Source of the DNA: a candidate division WOR-3 bacterium
Lineage (GTDB): Bacteria > Hydrothermota > Hydrothermia > LBFQ01
DNA: 64,000 nt
Direction: 5' to 3'
NCBI GenBank assembly: GCA_039802605.1
Contig: JBDRWW010000003.1
Coordinates: 64,001 to 128,000 of the forward strand
Each line of letters begins with the position of its first letter. Within the stretch, counting starts at the first letter, position 1. The notes below the pieces were generated by a model. That model was not told where the DNA came from. It searched no databases and was given only the letters and a program-made list of their open reading frames with translations. Below are positions 9,166-21,328 of this stretch, one piece after another. The translations under genes and the position numbers were made by a program.

Positions 9166-10053
9166 ATGAAAAGGTATTTGATACTGTTGGCGTTTTTTGG
9201 ATTGCCCGTGCTTGGTTATGCTCAGGATCAAGGCGGTGAAATCTCCGAAGAAGAGACCGTTGTCGGTACGGCGGAATACAAGATAGATGATGCGGTGAAA
9301 CCCATTGTTGACCTCCAATTAAGGCCATTTGAACCGGTTGATAGCTTTATACTTTTAAAAGAAAAGGGTTTGGAAAAGAGGTTACCCGCGGGAATAGATA
9401 AGGAATTATCGGAAGTTGTGAAACTAAACAACCCATTCCTCAGAAGGCCGGTATATCCCGTTATGATAGTGGATAAAATAGTTATAAAACCTGGGAAATT
9501 GCCCAAGCCCGATAATTGGAAGATAGTTGTTTACAACTCGGCTGGAATACCCGTAAAAACCTTTGAAGGAAGGGGAGGGGTGCCCAACGAAATAGTATGG
9601 GACGGTATATCCGATAAGGGAGTACCCGCAATAAAACCCGGTGAGAGATTTACATATAGGATATATTTGGAGAGAAAGAGCGGGGCCAAGAGGAGGGAGG
9701 TTAGGGAAATACCCGAAATCGTAGGATTTGCCATATCCGATCCCAAAGGTGATAACATGATTTATCTAAACACCGATTATGTATTCCAACCCGGAAGGGC
9801 AAACTTGCAACCGGATGGTGAAGAGAGGATTGTGGAAATGTTAAACTTCTTAAAGGCAAAGTATAAGGGTAACGGTCCGGTGGAGGTTTATGTTTATGCC
9901 ACCAACAACTTTCTCTACGAGGATAGGGCAAAGGTTTTAAGAGAACTGATACTCAAAAACGCACCAATAGATCCGGAAAAGTTAAAGATAAATCAGGGAT
10001 ATTTTCAATCCGGAGCGAAATACGAAAGAATAGAATTGAAGTTTAGGGATTAA
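9166..10053 (+). CDS. Periplasmic protein with FlgD-Ig-like domain and degenerate OmpA-like C-terminal domain
   Basis: Signal peptide ..GYA|Q; WKIVVYNSAG.PVKTFEG...VWDGISDKG; C-terminal F.PGRANL...RAKVLRELI...GY resembles OmpA_C. Confidence 0.6.
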   Translation: MKRYLILLAFFGLPVLGYAQDQGGEISEEETVVGTAEYKIDDAVKPIVDLQLRPFEPVDSFILLKEKGLEKRLPAGIDKELSEVVKLNNPFLRRPVYPVMIVDKIVIKPGKLPKPDNWKIVVYNSAGIPVKTFEGRGGVPNEIVWDGISDKGVPAIKPGERFTYRIYLERKSGAKRREVREIPEIVGFAISDPKGDNMIYLNTDYVFQPGRANLQPDGEERIVEMLNFLKAKYKGNGPVEVYVYATNNFLYEDRAKVLRELILKNAPIDPEKLKINQGYFQSGAKYERIELKFRD

Positions 10054-10054
10054 A

Positions 10055-11527
10055 ATGGATAACAAGGTGGAGGTCCATCTCAAAGAACTTTTAACTTTTG
10101 ATGATGTTCTTTTGCTTCCCAAGTATAGCGAGGTTTTGCCTTCGGAGGTTATCGTTAAAAGTAGATTTAGCAGGAATATATCTTTGAATATTCCCATAGT
10201 TTCATCTGCTATGGATACCGTCACCGAGTATAGAATGGCGGTTGCCATGGCCTTAAACGGTGGAATAGGTGTTATTCACAGGAACCTTCCGCCTGAAAAA
10301 CAGGCCGAGGAGGTTAAAAAGGTTAAAAGGTTTAGGGCTTGGATGGTTATAGACCCTTATACCCTTACGGAAAAATCCACCATAGGCGATGCAAAAAATC
10401 TTATGCATACCCATAACATATCCGGAATACCCATAATTGATAATAACGGCAAGCTGAAAGGCATTATAACCAGAAGGGATATTTATTATGCGGAAAACGA
10501 TTGGGAACCGGTAATAAGGTACATGACCCCAAGGGAAAAGTTAATAGTGGCATATTATCCCATAACTTTGGAGGAGGCCAAGGATATACTTAGGAAACAT
10601 AGAATAGAAAAATTGCCCGTTATAAACGAAAGGGATGAATTGGTTGGCCTTATAACGGCAAAAGATGTTTTCAACCAAGAGGATGATGGGGATGCAAATG
10701 TGGATAATTTGGGTAGGTTGAGGGTTGCGGCTGCCATTGGGCCTTCTAAGGATTTTGAAAGGAGGGCGGAACTCTTATACGAGGCGGGGGTTGATGCGTT
10801 CGTCGTGGATACCGCCCACGGTCATAGCAAAAGGGTTGGTTATGCGGTTGAATATTTAAAGAAAAACTATCCCAATGTTGATGTTGTGGCCGGAAATGTG
10901 GCCACATACGATGGCGCTATGTACCTTATAGATAAGGGTGCGGATGGTATTAAGGTAGGTGTGGGTCCCGGATCCATATGCACCACCCGTGTTATTGCCG
11001 GTGTTGGCGTACCTCAGCTGAGCGCAATAATGGAATGTTATAAGGCCTGTTCTTACAACGATGTTCCACTAATAGCCGATGGGGGGATAAGGTACTCCGG
11101 TGATATTGTTAAGGCGTTGGCGGCCGGTGCGGATGCCGTTATGTTGGGCAATTTGTTGGCGGGTACGGATGAAAGTCCCGGTGAGGATATTTTTTACGAG
11201 GGTAGGAGGTACAAGACTTACAGGGGTATGGGTTCCCTCGGGGCTATGTTGGAAGGTGGATCTTCGCGGTACGGTTGGGATGGGAGTTTGAAATTTGTTC
11301 CCGAGGGTGTGGAAGGTATGGTACCTTACAGGGGAAGTGTTAAAGATGTTTTATTTCAACTGGTTGGGGGTTTGAAGGCGGGTATGGGATACCTAGGAGC
11401 ATCAAATATAAAGGAATTGAGGGAAAAGGCGGAGTTTATAAAAATAACCAACGCGGGTATAAAAGAAAGCCATCCACACGATGTATTTATAATAAAGGAA
11501 GCTCCAAACTATAACAAAGGGGGTTAA
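10055..11527 (+). CDS. guaB: IMP dehydrogenase with CBS pair
   Basis: [43 protein letters not shown]. Confidence 0.97.
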   Translation: MDNKVEVHLKELLTFDDVLLLPKYSEVLPSEVIVKSRFSRNISLNIPIVSSAMDTVTEYRMAVAMALNGGIGVIHRNLPPEKQAEEVKKVKRFRAWMVIDPYTLTEKSTIGDAKNLMHTHNISGIPIIDNNGKLKGIITRRDIYYAENDWEPVIRYMTPREKLIVAYYPITLEEAKDILRKHRIEKLPVINERDELVGLITAKDVFNQEDDGDANVDNLGRLRVAAAIGPSKDFERRAELLYEAGVDAFVVDTAHGHSKRVGYAVEYLKKNYPNVDVVAGNVATYDGAMYLIDKGADGIKVGVGPGSICTTRVIAGVGVPQLSAIMECYKACSYNDVPLIADGGIRYSGDIVKALAAGADAVMLGNLLAGTDESPGEDIFYEGRRYKTYRGMGSLGAMLEGGSSRYGWDGSLKFVPEGVEGMVPYRGSVKDVLFQLVGGLKAGMGYLGASNIKELREKAEFIKITNAGIKESHPHDVFIIKEAPNYNKGG

Positions 11528-11528
11528 T

Positions 11529-12512
11529 ATGTCGGTGGAATACGCTTATGCAAGGATTAGGGGGAGAAGGGCAAAACTGCTAACACCTATTGAAATGGAA
11601 ACGCTAATAAGGGAAGACCTTGAAAATATGGAAAATGCCTTAAAGGACACCAAATACGGGAAATACCTACCCAAGGTTGGGGAGAAGGGGGGAATATCCA
11701 AACTTTTAAATGCGGTTAATTTGGCCTTTATAGATGAGCTTGAAAAGGTTAAAAAAATACTCTCCGATGATGGGAACCTTTTATACTCCTTGGAAACATA
11801 TCTGGCAAGATGGGATTTGCAGAATTTTATCACCATAGTTAGGGGAAAGTTTTATTCCCATCCAGAAGAAGAAATTTTAAGGGCTTTGTTGCCCATTGGG
11901 ATTTTAGACGAAATTAGGCTAAGAGACCTTATGAAAGAAGAGGATGCATACTCCGTGGCGGAGAGGGTCAAGGTAATCGTAAAGGGCTTACCCTTTGAAA
12001 TTACAAGGGAATCCCTTAAATACCTAAAAGCCGGAGAACTTGCAAAATTTGAATACGGAGTCTATACCTCGTTTTATCACAACATTCTAAGCCGGGATGT
12101 ACATCCATCCGTTAAGGATTTTTATAAGTTTTCCATAGATGCGAAAAATTTATCTTTGGCCTTCATATCCCTCCAATACGGTGAGAGACCCAGTCTGTGG
12201 ATTGAGGGTGGATATTTGTCGGGCTCGTTAAAAATAAAGGTTTTACAGTGCGAAACCGTTGAAGATTTACAAAGGGTTATATCGGAACACATTGGGTTAA
12301 AAGGGGTTGCTTTGGAAAACATTGATACTATTTTTGAAAGGAAGTTTTTCGGAAGTGTTTTAAGGGATTTTAGGAGGGATCCTGTTAGTTTTTACTCGGT
12401 TTTACAATATCTCAACGAGTTGGAAAGGGAAGTTATAACTTTGAGAACGATTATTTACGCCAAATCGTTTGGTTTGAGTCCCGAACAAATAAAGGAGGTG
12501 TTGTATGTCTGA
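11529..12512 (+). CDS. V/A-type ATP synthase subunit C (AC39 family), outside an ATPase operon
   Basis: YAYARIRGRRAKLL N-terminus, WDLQNFITIVRGK, EREVITLRTIIYAK..GL. Confidence 0.82.
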   Translation: MSVEYAYARIRGRRAKLLTPIEMETLIREDLENMENALKDTKYGKYLPKVGEKGGISKLLNAVNLAFIDELEKVKKILSDDGNLLYSLETYLARWDLQNFITIVRGKFYSHPEEEILRALLPIGILDEIRLRDLMKEEDAYSVAERVKVIVKGLPFEITRESLKYLKAGELAKFEYGVYTSFYHNILSRDVHPSVKDFYKFSIDAKNLSLAFISLQYGERPSLWIEGGYLSGSLKIKVLQCETVEDLQRVISEHIGLKGVALENIDTIFERKFFGSVLRDFRRDPVSFYSVLQYLNELEREVITLRTIIYAKSFGLSPEQIKEVLYV

Positions 12513-13131
12513 ACTTTATATGATAGTTTTGCAGGGCAAAGAGGAATTGGGGAACGATCCCGAGGCCGTAAAATTGTGGTCTGAATTGTCGGGTGTGGAT
12601 ATAGAGTCTATAAACGAAAATACGCCATTTGATATAGAAATAGCGGATAAACTCCTTAGAACGCTACCCGAGGTTTTGGAGAAGTTAAAGGAAAAGAAGA
12701 AGGTGGATATTGAGAAGGTTGAGAAAGGTCTTGAAATTTTAATGAAGGAAAAGGAGAGTGAAGAAAAGTTTGAAGAAAAGGTAGGAATTTTAGAAACCTT
12801 AAAGGAAGAGTTGGAAAAGTCGCATATATTTGAAGAGATAAAGGAAACGGTAGAAGAAAAAGCCGTTGAGGGAATAGTGGTTCCGGCGGGTGTAAAATTT
12901 GTTTTGGAGTTTTCCGGAGGCAAATTCTCAAAAATATATGGGGATTGGAAAGATTTTGAGGTTTTAAATTCCTTACTATCGCAAAATCTAAGGTCTTTTC
13001 ACATGGGTTATATTGGGAATTTTACCATATACGGTGAAAGGATTGGGAATAGATGGATAATAGTAGGAGTAGATGAGGGAAACCTCGGGGTGGTTAAGGT
13101 TATATTCTCCTCCCTGAGGAGAAATCTGTAA
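12505..13131 (+). CDS. Hypothetical Glu/Lys-rich protein (possible roadblock-like C-terminus)
   Basis: 208-aa ORF with SD AGGAGGT, overlapping the upstream stop. Confidence 0.6.
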   Translation: MSELYMIVLQGKEELGNDPEAVKLWSELSGVDIESINENTPFDIEIADKLLRTLPEVLEKLKEKKKVDIEKVEKGLEILMKEKESEEKFEEKVGILETLKEELEKSHIFEEIKETVEEKAVEGIVVPAGVKFVLEFSGGKFSKIYGDWKDFEVLNSLLSQNLRSFHMGYIGNFTIYGERIGNRWIIVGVDEGNLGVVKVIFSSLRRNL

Positions 13132-13962
13132 ATGACGATTTGGTTAATTTCGCTTTTGGATTCGGTTTATGTAAAGGTTTTTAATGTTTCAAGAAACTCT
13201 TATATAAACGACGAAATAAGCGTTGAGATTTCGGGATTTTTTAAAGACGGAAGTGAGGTTTTTGATACCCTAACCATAAAAGGCGAGGGTTGGGTAAAGG
13301 TTCCCAAAGGGCCGCATGTAATAGGACTTACAGCCCTATATCAGGGGGAAAGGTTTCCATCCCAACCGATTATCCTTACTGATACTTCAACCGTTATAAC
13401 CATTGATGTTTACGATGTTTCTGCCGACAGTTCAAATTTAACCATAAGGAGTCATAGCATAGGGATTTTTAAAGAAAGGGGTATATACCGTGTCGTTGAA
13501 TTGTTAAGCATAAAAAATGATGGTAAAAAAGCTTTTAGGGGACCCCTTATGTCCGTAGAATTACCCAAAAAAAGCGAAAGGTTTAACATAACCGGCGATG
13601 AGGAAGATTACTTTATAAAGGATAATAGGGTTGTACTTACACCCTTAATCCTCCCAGGCGAGGGGTCTTTTGGATACGATTATTTCGTGTTGGAAGATTA
13701 TTTTAAAATAATGAGAAAAGGGGCATTGGAATACAGGGTTTTTGCCGATACCGGTATAAAGGTTAAGGTTAAAGGCGGCGTGTTTGAAGGGCAAAGGGAC
13801 TTTGAAGGGCAAAAGTTTAATGTCTGGAAAAGCGTGGGAAAGGTGGAATTGGAAGTGGGATATAATCCTCTACTTAGGGAAATTGGTTATTACATTTTGG
13901 CGGCGGTGGTTATAATAGTCTCATTGGTTTTGGGTATAGTTTTTTATAGGCTTAGGAAATGA
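13132..13962 (+). CDS. Hypothetical exported beta-rich protein with C-terminal membrane anchor
   Basis: Short hydrophobic N-terminus; C-terminal TM followed by RLRK; TAA-ATG coupling. Confidence 0.65.
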   Translation: MTIWLISLLDSVYVKVFNVSRNSYINDEISVEISGFFKDGSEVFDTLTIKGEGWVKVPKGPHVIGLTALYQGERFPSQPIILTDTSTVITIDVYDVSADSSNLTIRSHSIGIFKERGIYRVVELLSIKNDGKKAFRGPLMSVELPKKSERFNITGDEEDYFIKDNRVVLTPLILPGEGSFGYDYFVLEDYFKIMRKGALEYRVFADTGIKVKVKGGVFEGQRDFEGQKFNVWKSVGKVELEVGYNPLLREIGYYILAAVVIIVSLVLGIVFYRLRK

Positions 13963-14510
13963 AAAGGTTTGTGTTTTTATTTGCCTTTATATCTTGTACG
14001 CAAACATACTATACCGAGGAAAAATTGCCGGGGGATTTGATGATTTTTGCACCGGAGAGCGCATTTGTTCAGGTATTTGATAGTACGGGGAGAAAGGTTT
14101 CGGATGGATATGTCCGGAAATACAATGTTTTAATTTATGCCTTTAATGGGAAACCCGAACGGATCTTGATCGTTAAAGCTTCAAATTTTGGATGCGAAAC
14201 CCTCAGCGTTAAAATAAAAGAAGAAAATTACTGTCCTAACCTTGTCAGTTCCTTGAATTTTAGACCTTCACCAAGATGCGATGTATGTAATAGCGGTTCC
14301 GATGGAAACGATACGATAACCATTATTACAGATTTTGATGTGGTATATGTGGCAGAAGATAGCACCTGTGGTACCTTGAAAAGATTCTATAAGGATAACA
14401 TTTTCATTGTTAGGGGATTATATCCCGGAGAGTATAGGGTTAAGGTTGATAGCGCGGAGTTTGTGGCATATGTATCTTCAAGGGCTTGCAATGTTTTAAT
14501 TGCGAGATGA
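13959..14510 (+). CDS. Cys-rich lipoprotein of unknown function
   Basis: MKRFVFLFAFIS-C lipobox; several Cys including CDVC. Confidence 0.65.
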   Translation: MKRFVFLFAFISCTQTYYTEEKLPGDLMIFAPESAFVQVFDSTGRKVSDGYVRKYNVLIYAFNGKPERILIVKASNFGCETLSVKIKEENYCPNLVSSLNFRPSPRCDVCNSGSDGNDTITIITDFDVVYVAEDSTCGTLKRFYKDNIFIVRGLYPGEYRVKVDSAEFVAYVSSRACNVLIAR

Positions 14511-15031
14511 TGATAGGATACACTTTGTCCATTGGTTTATTTGGTGGCATAAGTGCGGGTTTGGGTAATGCCCCGATTGGGGCTTATGGTGGTCTATCCC
14601 TTGGTTCTGGATTATATATAAATAGAATGGCCACAATTCAGCTCATCCTGGCCCCCAACCTGAAATATCCGGATCTGTGCTTTGAGGATATGGTAAGGGT
14701 TTCATCTTCCCTTTTCTTGGGAATTCACGAAATCGGTTTGCAGGCGGGTTTAACATGCTTTCAGATGGAGGGTGAGAGGAGTGTAAATATGGGTTCTTAT
14801 ACGGAGATTTACAGGTTTAAAACGGGAGCAGTGGGAAGATCCGCCGGGATATACTACACCATAAGGTTAAACAAGGGGAAAGGCGAAAGGTATTTCGTGG
14901 GCTTTGCGTATCTATTGCCCCTATTTAAAACCTGTGTTGATATGAAAGATTCCTGTATTTCCGCACCCTTTGTTTCCTATCCGAGAGCGGAATTTAGCGT
15001 AGGTGTGCAAACCGCCCGGGCAAAATTCTAA
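14507..15031 (+). CDS. Putative small outer-membrane beta-barrel protein
   Basis: Start moved to ATG 14507 (ATGA coupling); alternating Gly/aromatic strands; terminal F. Confidence 0.5.
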   Translation: MMIGYTLSIGLFGGISAGLGNAPIGAYGGLSLGSGLYINRMATIQLILAPNLKYPDLCFEDMVRVSSSLFLGIHEIGLQAGLTCFQMEGERSVNMGSYTEIYRFKTGAVGRSAGIYYTIRLNKGKGERYFVGFAYLLPLFKTCVDMKDSCISAPFVSYPRAEFSVGVQTARAKF

Positions 15032-15057
15032 AATACCAACCTTAAAATACCCGCAAT

Positions 15058-16335
15058 ATGCTCCTTGAAGCTTTGAGGAATACGGACCCTGAAATATTTG
15101 AAGCTATATATAACGAGGTTAAGAGGCAACACGAAACTCTGGAGCTTATAGCCTCGGAAAACTTTACATCCCTTGCCGTTTTAATCGCAATGGGAAGCCC
15201 GTTAACCAATAAGTATGCGGAAGGCTATCCGAATAAAAGGTATTACGGTGGGTGTGAATTCGTTGATATTGCCGAGAGTTTGGCCATAGAAAGGGCGAAA
15301 AAACTATTTAACGCCGAACACGCAAATGTGCAACCCCATTCCGGCACACAGGCAAATATGGCGGTTTATTTTGCCGTTTTGCAACCAGGCGATACGATCC
15401 TCGCCATGAGGTTGGATCACGGGGGACATTTATCACACGGTGCCCCTGTAAATTTTGCGGGAAAATTCTTCAATGTGGTTTATTACGGCGTTGATCCGAA
15501 TACAGAAACCTTAAACTACGATCACATCAGGGATTTGGCAAAGCAGTACAAACCCAAAATAATCGTATGCGGTTATTCCGCTTACCCTAGGAAGGTGGAT
15601 TTTAAGGCTTTTAGGGAAATAGCGGACGAGGTTGGGGCTTATCTCCTCGCGGATATAGCGCACATAGCGGGTTTGGTGGTGGCGGGGGAACATCCCTCAC
15701 CCATACCTTATGCCCACTTTACCACAACCACAACCCATAAAACCCTAAGGGGTCCAAGGGGCGCTATAATCTTAACATCAAATGAGTATGGTCAAATTAT
15801 TGATAAAACGGTTTTCCCGGGTATTCAAGGTGGTCCTTTGATGCATGTTATAGCGGCAAAAGCCGTGGCGTTTAAAGAGGCTATGAGCGAAGAGTTTAAG
15901 GAATACCAAGGGCAAATAGTTAAAAATGCGAAGGCTTTGGCCGAAACGCTAATGGAAGAGGGTTTAAGGCTCGTTTCAAACGGGACGGATACACACCTTA
16001 TGCTCGTTGATCTTAGAAATCTTGGGATTACCGGAAAGGATGCCCAGAATTGGTTAGAAAGTGCAAACATAACCGTAAATAAGAACACCATACCCTTTGA
16101 CCCACAAAAACCTTGGGTGGCAAGCGGTATAAGAATAGGAACCCCGGCATTAACAACCCGTGGTATGAAAGAGAACGAGATGAGGGAAATAGGTAAGTTA
16201 ATAGCCCAGGTGTTAAAGTCAAAAGGTAATGAAGGTGTTATAAATAAAGTTAAGGGGAAAGTAAAAGAACTCGTGGAGGCATTCCCGCTTTACGAGGTTT
16301 ATAGGAAAGAGATGGAAAAACTTTTGCAAACTTGA
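15058..16335 (+). CDS. glyA: Serine hydroxymethyltransferase
   Basis: [42 protein letters not shown]. Confidence 0.98.
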   Translation: MLLEALRNTDPEIFEAIYNEVKRQHETLELIASENFTSLAVLIAMGSPLTNKYAEGYPNKRYYGGCEFVDIAESLAIERAKKLFNAEHANVQPHSGTQANMAVYFAVLQPGDTILAMRLDHGGHLSHGAPVNFAGKFFNVVYYGVDPNTETLNYDHIRDLAKQYKPKIIVCGYSAYPRKVDFKAFREIADEVGAYLLADIAHIAGLVVAGEHPSPIPYAHFTTTTTHKTLRGPRGAIILTSNEYGQIIDKTVFPGIQGGPLMHVIAAKAVAFKEAMSEEFKEYQGQIVKNAKALAETLMEEGLRLVSNGTDTHLMLVDLRNLGITGKDAQNWLESANITVNKNTIPFDPQKPWVASGIRIGTPALTTRGMKENEMREIGKLIAQVLKSKGNEGVINKVKGKVKELVEAFPLYEVYRKEMEKLLQT

Positions 16336-16360
16336 CAATATGGGGTAAGGTAGGCATAAT
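16332..16360 (+). promoter_or_regulatory. Sigma70-type rRNA promoter
   Basis: TTGACA (16332-16337), 17-nt spacer, CATAAT (16355-16360); the -35 contains the glyA TGA stop. Confidence 0.85.
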
Positions 16361-16365
16361 TGAGA

Positions 16366-18027
<1,662 letters not shown>

Positions 18028-18032
18028 ATTCT

Positions 18033-19139
18033 TTATTTTAAAAGCGGGTGGTGGGTATTAAGATAATCGGCAACCCTTTTAACCTCATCCCATATATAGG
18101 CGCTGGATTTTGTGGTTTCCTTATCAAATATGTATTCTATATCAACACCGTATTTTGAGGCCTTTTCCTTCCATTCCCTTGGTATTTCATCGCTTATACT
18201 AACATTTAGCAGTTTTGAAAGCAGTATAGTCCATAACCTGCAAACATTTCCCACATTATAACCGCCACCTCCCAGGGCCAAAACCGGGATGTTTAAAGAA
18301 AGAACAAAATCATAAACATGAATGTAGGAATTTGTAGTTAAATTCCAATGCGTTAAAGGGTCTTCCCTTATAGCATCCGCACCGCTTTGTAAAACCACAA
18401 CCGATGGGTTAAATTTCCGTATGGCTTTTTTAATAACATTTTCAAAAGCCCATATAAACACATCATCTCCGGAATTTGGGGGGAAAGGAAAGTTTAAAGC
18501 GTACCCAAAACCCTCACCCTCTCCCATTTCATCCTCAAATCCAGTCCCCGGAAATAGATATTTACCGCTTTCGTGGGTGCTTATTGTTAAAACCCTGCTA
18601 TCTTTATAAAAAGCCTCTTGAACCCCATCCCCATGATGGGCGTCTATATCGAGGTATAAAACCTTATCAAATCTTTCGAGGAGTTTATATATGGCAACTA
18701 CCGGGTCGTTTATATAACAAAAACCACTCGCTCTGTCCGACATGGCATGGTGTAATCCTCCCGCCATATTAAACGCCCTATTCCCCCCTAGATTTATGTA
18801 TTCGGCAGCAGCCTGGGATGAACCGGCCGCCAAAAGCGAAGCCGTATATATTCCCGGAACAACCGGGCAATCACCCGTTCCCAAACCGTAGTATATCATA
18901 TAGTCCTTCCATTCACCCTTATCGGCAACCTCTAAAACCTTTAAGTAATCCTCTTCGTGAAATTTTCTAACCAATTGTAAATCGGCCATTTTTGGATAAA
19001 GAAAATCAACGAAATTTAGCAAACCCTTTAACCTTTGCAATTCTTGGGTTAAATAAAGTCTGTACATTTTTAGGGGATGGTATTCCCCATAGGAATACCT
19101 CCAAAATGGCGATGTATCTACAAAACCCGTATGTACCAT
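18033..19139 (-). CDS. acuC: AcuC / histone-deacetylase family Zn hydrolase
   Basis: HPLKMYRL, GGLHHA, SGFCYIND, DIDAHHGDGV, GGGGY. Confidence 0.88.
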   Translation of the reverse strand: MVHTGFVDTSPFWRYSYGEYHPLKMYRLYLTQELQRLKGLLNFVDFLYPKMADLQLVRKFHEEDYLKVLEVADKGEWKDYMIYYGLGTGDCPVVPGIYTASLLAAGSSQAAAEYINLGGNRAFNMAGGLHHAMSDRASGFCYINDPVVAIYKLLERFDKVLYLDIDAHHGDGVQEAFYKDSRVLTISTHESGKYLFPGTGFEDEMGEGEGFGYALNFPFPPNSGDDVFIWAFENVIKKAIRKFNPSVVVLQSGADAIREDPLTHWNLTTNSYIHVYDFVLSLNIPVLALGGGGYNVGNVCRLWTILLSKLLNVSISDEIPREWKEKASKYGVDIEYIFDKETTKSSAYIWDEVKRVADYLNTHHPLLK

Positions 19140-19699
19140 TTTAAGAATTTTAACATCGCTTTAAACCTGTGGCTTATTTTGTTTTTCTCCTCGGGTGTCA
19201 TTTCCGCAAGGGTTTTATCGTATCCCTTTGGTATGAACACTGGGTCGTATCCAAAACCGTACTTCCCCCTCTCGCTTTTTGTTATTTCACCATCCAATAC
19301 CCCTTTAAAAAATTCCATCCTTTCCCCATCGTAATAAGAAATTACGGTTATAAACCTCGCCTTCCTGTTTTCCTCATTTTTCAATAAGTACAAAAGTTTT
19401 TCCCTGTTATCCCTATCCGTTGCACCCTTTCCCGCAAATCTGGAAGAGTATATGCCCGGAGATCCGTTTAAGGCGTCCACGAACAAACCGGTATCCTCCC
19501 CAATTGAAGGAATCCCGGTATTGTTATATCCGTATTTGGCCTTTATTAGGGCGTTTTCCTCCAATGTTTTACCCGTTTCATCGGGTGTGTTTAATCCAAA
19601 ATCCGAAAAGGAATAAACATCTATGCATATTCCCACAATGGATTTTATTTCAAAAACCTTATGCTTATTTGATGTTGCCAATAGGATCCTAGGTCTCAT
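19118..19699 (-). CDS. rdgB: RdgB/HAM1 non-canonical purine NTP pyrophosphatase
   Basis: ATSNKHK, ENALIKA, PGIYSSRF, GFGYDPVF, KNKISHR. Confidence 0.95.
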   Translation of the reverse strand: MRPRILLATSNKHKVFEIKSIVGICIDVYSFSDFGLNTPDETGKTLEENALIKAKYGYNNTGIPSIGEDTGLFVDALNGSPGIYSSRFAGKGATDRDNREKLLYLLKNEENRKARFITVISYYDGERMEFFKGVLDGEITKSERGKYGFGYDPVFIPKGYDKTLAEMTPEEKNKISHRFKAMLKFLKWYIRVL

Positions 19700-20304
19700 A
19701 TACCAAACTTTATGTAATACCTCGCACCGAAATAGAAATTGCTATAAGCGACGTTAACCTCCTCCAAATCCCCCGTAGAAAAATCCACCTTTTTGAACTT
19801 TAAAGAAAAAATATTTACACCCGTAAATATGTCAAAGTCTTCAAGCCTTAGGGCAAAACTAAAATTTAAAAGATAACCGAAACCCTTATACTGCTCACTT
19901 TTATCCTTTGCTATTTCTTGCCAAGCGCTTTGTGTAGTATCGTAAAGGTATAAGGAATATTTTGTGTTTAAAATCGTGTAGTTTCCACCCCCTCCCAAAC
20001 CAACCAAAGCATACATATTTTCACCTACATAAAACTTCATAAGCATATTTAAGGAAAAGGGGATGTAGTTTGCCTGGGAGGTTCTTTTCAGTTTAACCCT
20101 ATCGCTACTGTCCGAAAATGGCTTTTGAAAAAAATAAGTGTATCCCGTTTCCAAACCCGCCCCGAATAACTCGCTTATACCAAAGAAATACCTAAAACCC
20201 ATATCCGCCCCTATGCCCGTTGATGCGTAATTTGAAAACTCTTCAAATGGAATCCTTCCGTGAACCCCAAAGGATAAATCCATTGAGGATATTATCCAAA
20301 TCAT
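19696..20304 (-). CDS. Outer-membrane beta-barrel protein
   Basis: Amphipathic strands, GLETGY, IPFSL, C-terminal FYFGARYY. Confidence 0.7.
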   Translation of the reverse strand: MIWIISSMDLSFGVHGRIPFEEFSNYASTGIGADMGFRYFFGISELFGAGLETGYTYFFQKPFSDSSDRVKLKRTSQANYIPFSLNMLMKFYVGENMYALVGLGGGGNYTILNTKYSLYLYDTTQSAWQEIAKDKSEQYKGFGYLLNFSFALRLEDFDIFTGVNIFSLKFKKVDFSTGDLEEVNVAYSNFYFGARYYIKFGI

Positions 20305-20326
20305 AGCGGATATTTTAAAGTCGTTG

Positions 20327-21325
20327 TTATCTCATTTTTGCCTCTCCGTAAATCCTGTTGAAATTCTTGGAAAACCTTTCCGCCATTGCTTTACTAAAAA
20401 TTATAACAACATTTTCGTCGTTAAGTTCCTGGGCATTCCTTGAAAAGTTATACGAACCCGTTATAACAATGCTGTCATCCACTATGATATACTTGGAGTG
20501 CATATTATAAGGGTTCCCATCCCTTAAAACATCTATGCCGTTTTTTACGAACTTGTTATACTCAGAACCCCTATTTTTTACGCTTTTGCTCTCAATGACG
20601 CCCGCAACGTTAACGCCCCTTTTCTTAGCATAAACCAATGCATTACCCAATTCGTTATCCGAAAAAGAAAAGGCTGCAAACTTTATATTTTTCCTGGCCA
20701 TATTGACGATTTTTATAATCCTCGCCTCTACATCATCCTCCGGTGAGAAATAAACCTCCACCCTATAAGGTCCAACTTTAAAACAGCAATCCGTATTTCT
20801 CGGAGATAACGCCCCGAATTTTTTATCTTCAAACATCTCGTAAAACTCCCTTAAATAGTTTTCCGCTATGAGGCGTGAATTTATAACCACCAAATTGTTA
20901 TCATTCCTGTATATTTCACTCTCTTTAAAGTTTGTTGAGCCAGTTAATATCAATTGGGAATCTATTACGGCAAACTTGTTATGCATATAGGGTTCCCTGT
21001 TATCAAAGACTATTGGAATTCCTTCCTTTTCCAATTTTTTGGCCGCCCATTCTTTTTTCATCCTATCGTCCATAACCATCTCAACCTTTACACCCCTCTT
21101 TTTTGCTTCTATAATTGCCCTTACTATATCCGGGTGGTCTATTTCGTATATTGCTATTTGTAATGTTTTGCGTGATGAGTTTATCAATCCCACTATAACA
21201 TTCAATACCGTATCCTCCCTTGTGAAGAACACCTGTATATCATCCGTAAGGGTTTTTGGTGCCTCTAATTTACTTCCCCCAAAGCAACCCGATAATACCG
21301 TTAATATTATAAGCAGCCTTTTCAT
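20327..21325 (-). CDS. Phospholipase D superfamily lipoprotein (two HKD motifs)
   Basis: LSG-C lipobox; HNKFAVID..TGSTN and HSKYIIVD..TGSYN. Confidence 0.9.
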   Translation of the reverse strand: MKRLLIILTVLSGCFGGSKLEAPKTLTDDIQVFFTREDTVLNVIVGLINSSRKTLQIAIYEIDHPDIVRAIIEAKKRGVKVEMVMDDRMKKEWAAKKLEKEGIPIVFDNREPYMHNKFAVIDSQLILTGSTNFKESEIYRNDNNLVVINSRLIAENYLREFYEMFEDKKFGALSPRNTDCCFKVGPYRVEVYFSPEDDVEARIIKIVNMARKNIKFAAFSFSDNELGNALVYAKKRGVNVAGVIESKSVKNRGSEYNKFVKNGIDVLRDGNPYNMHSKYIIVDDSIVITGSYNFSRNAQELNDENVVIIFSKAMAERFSKNFNRIYGEAKMR

Positions 21326-21328
21326 ACT

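Noticed and set aside
20327..21325. PLD as an anti-phage nuclease (DISARM/Zorya-type)
   Set aside because: Has a lipoprotein signal and no defence genes nearby
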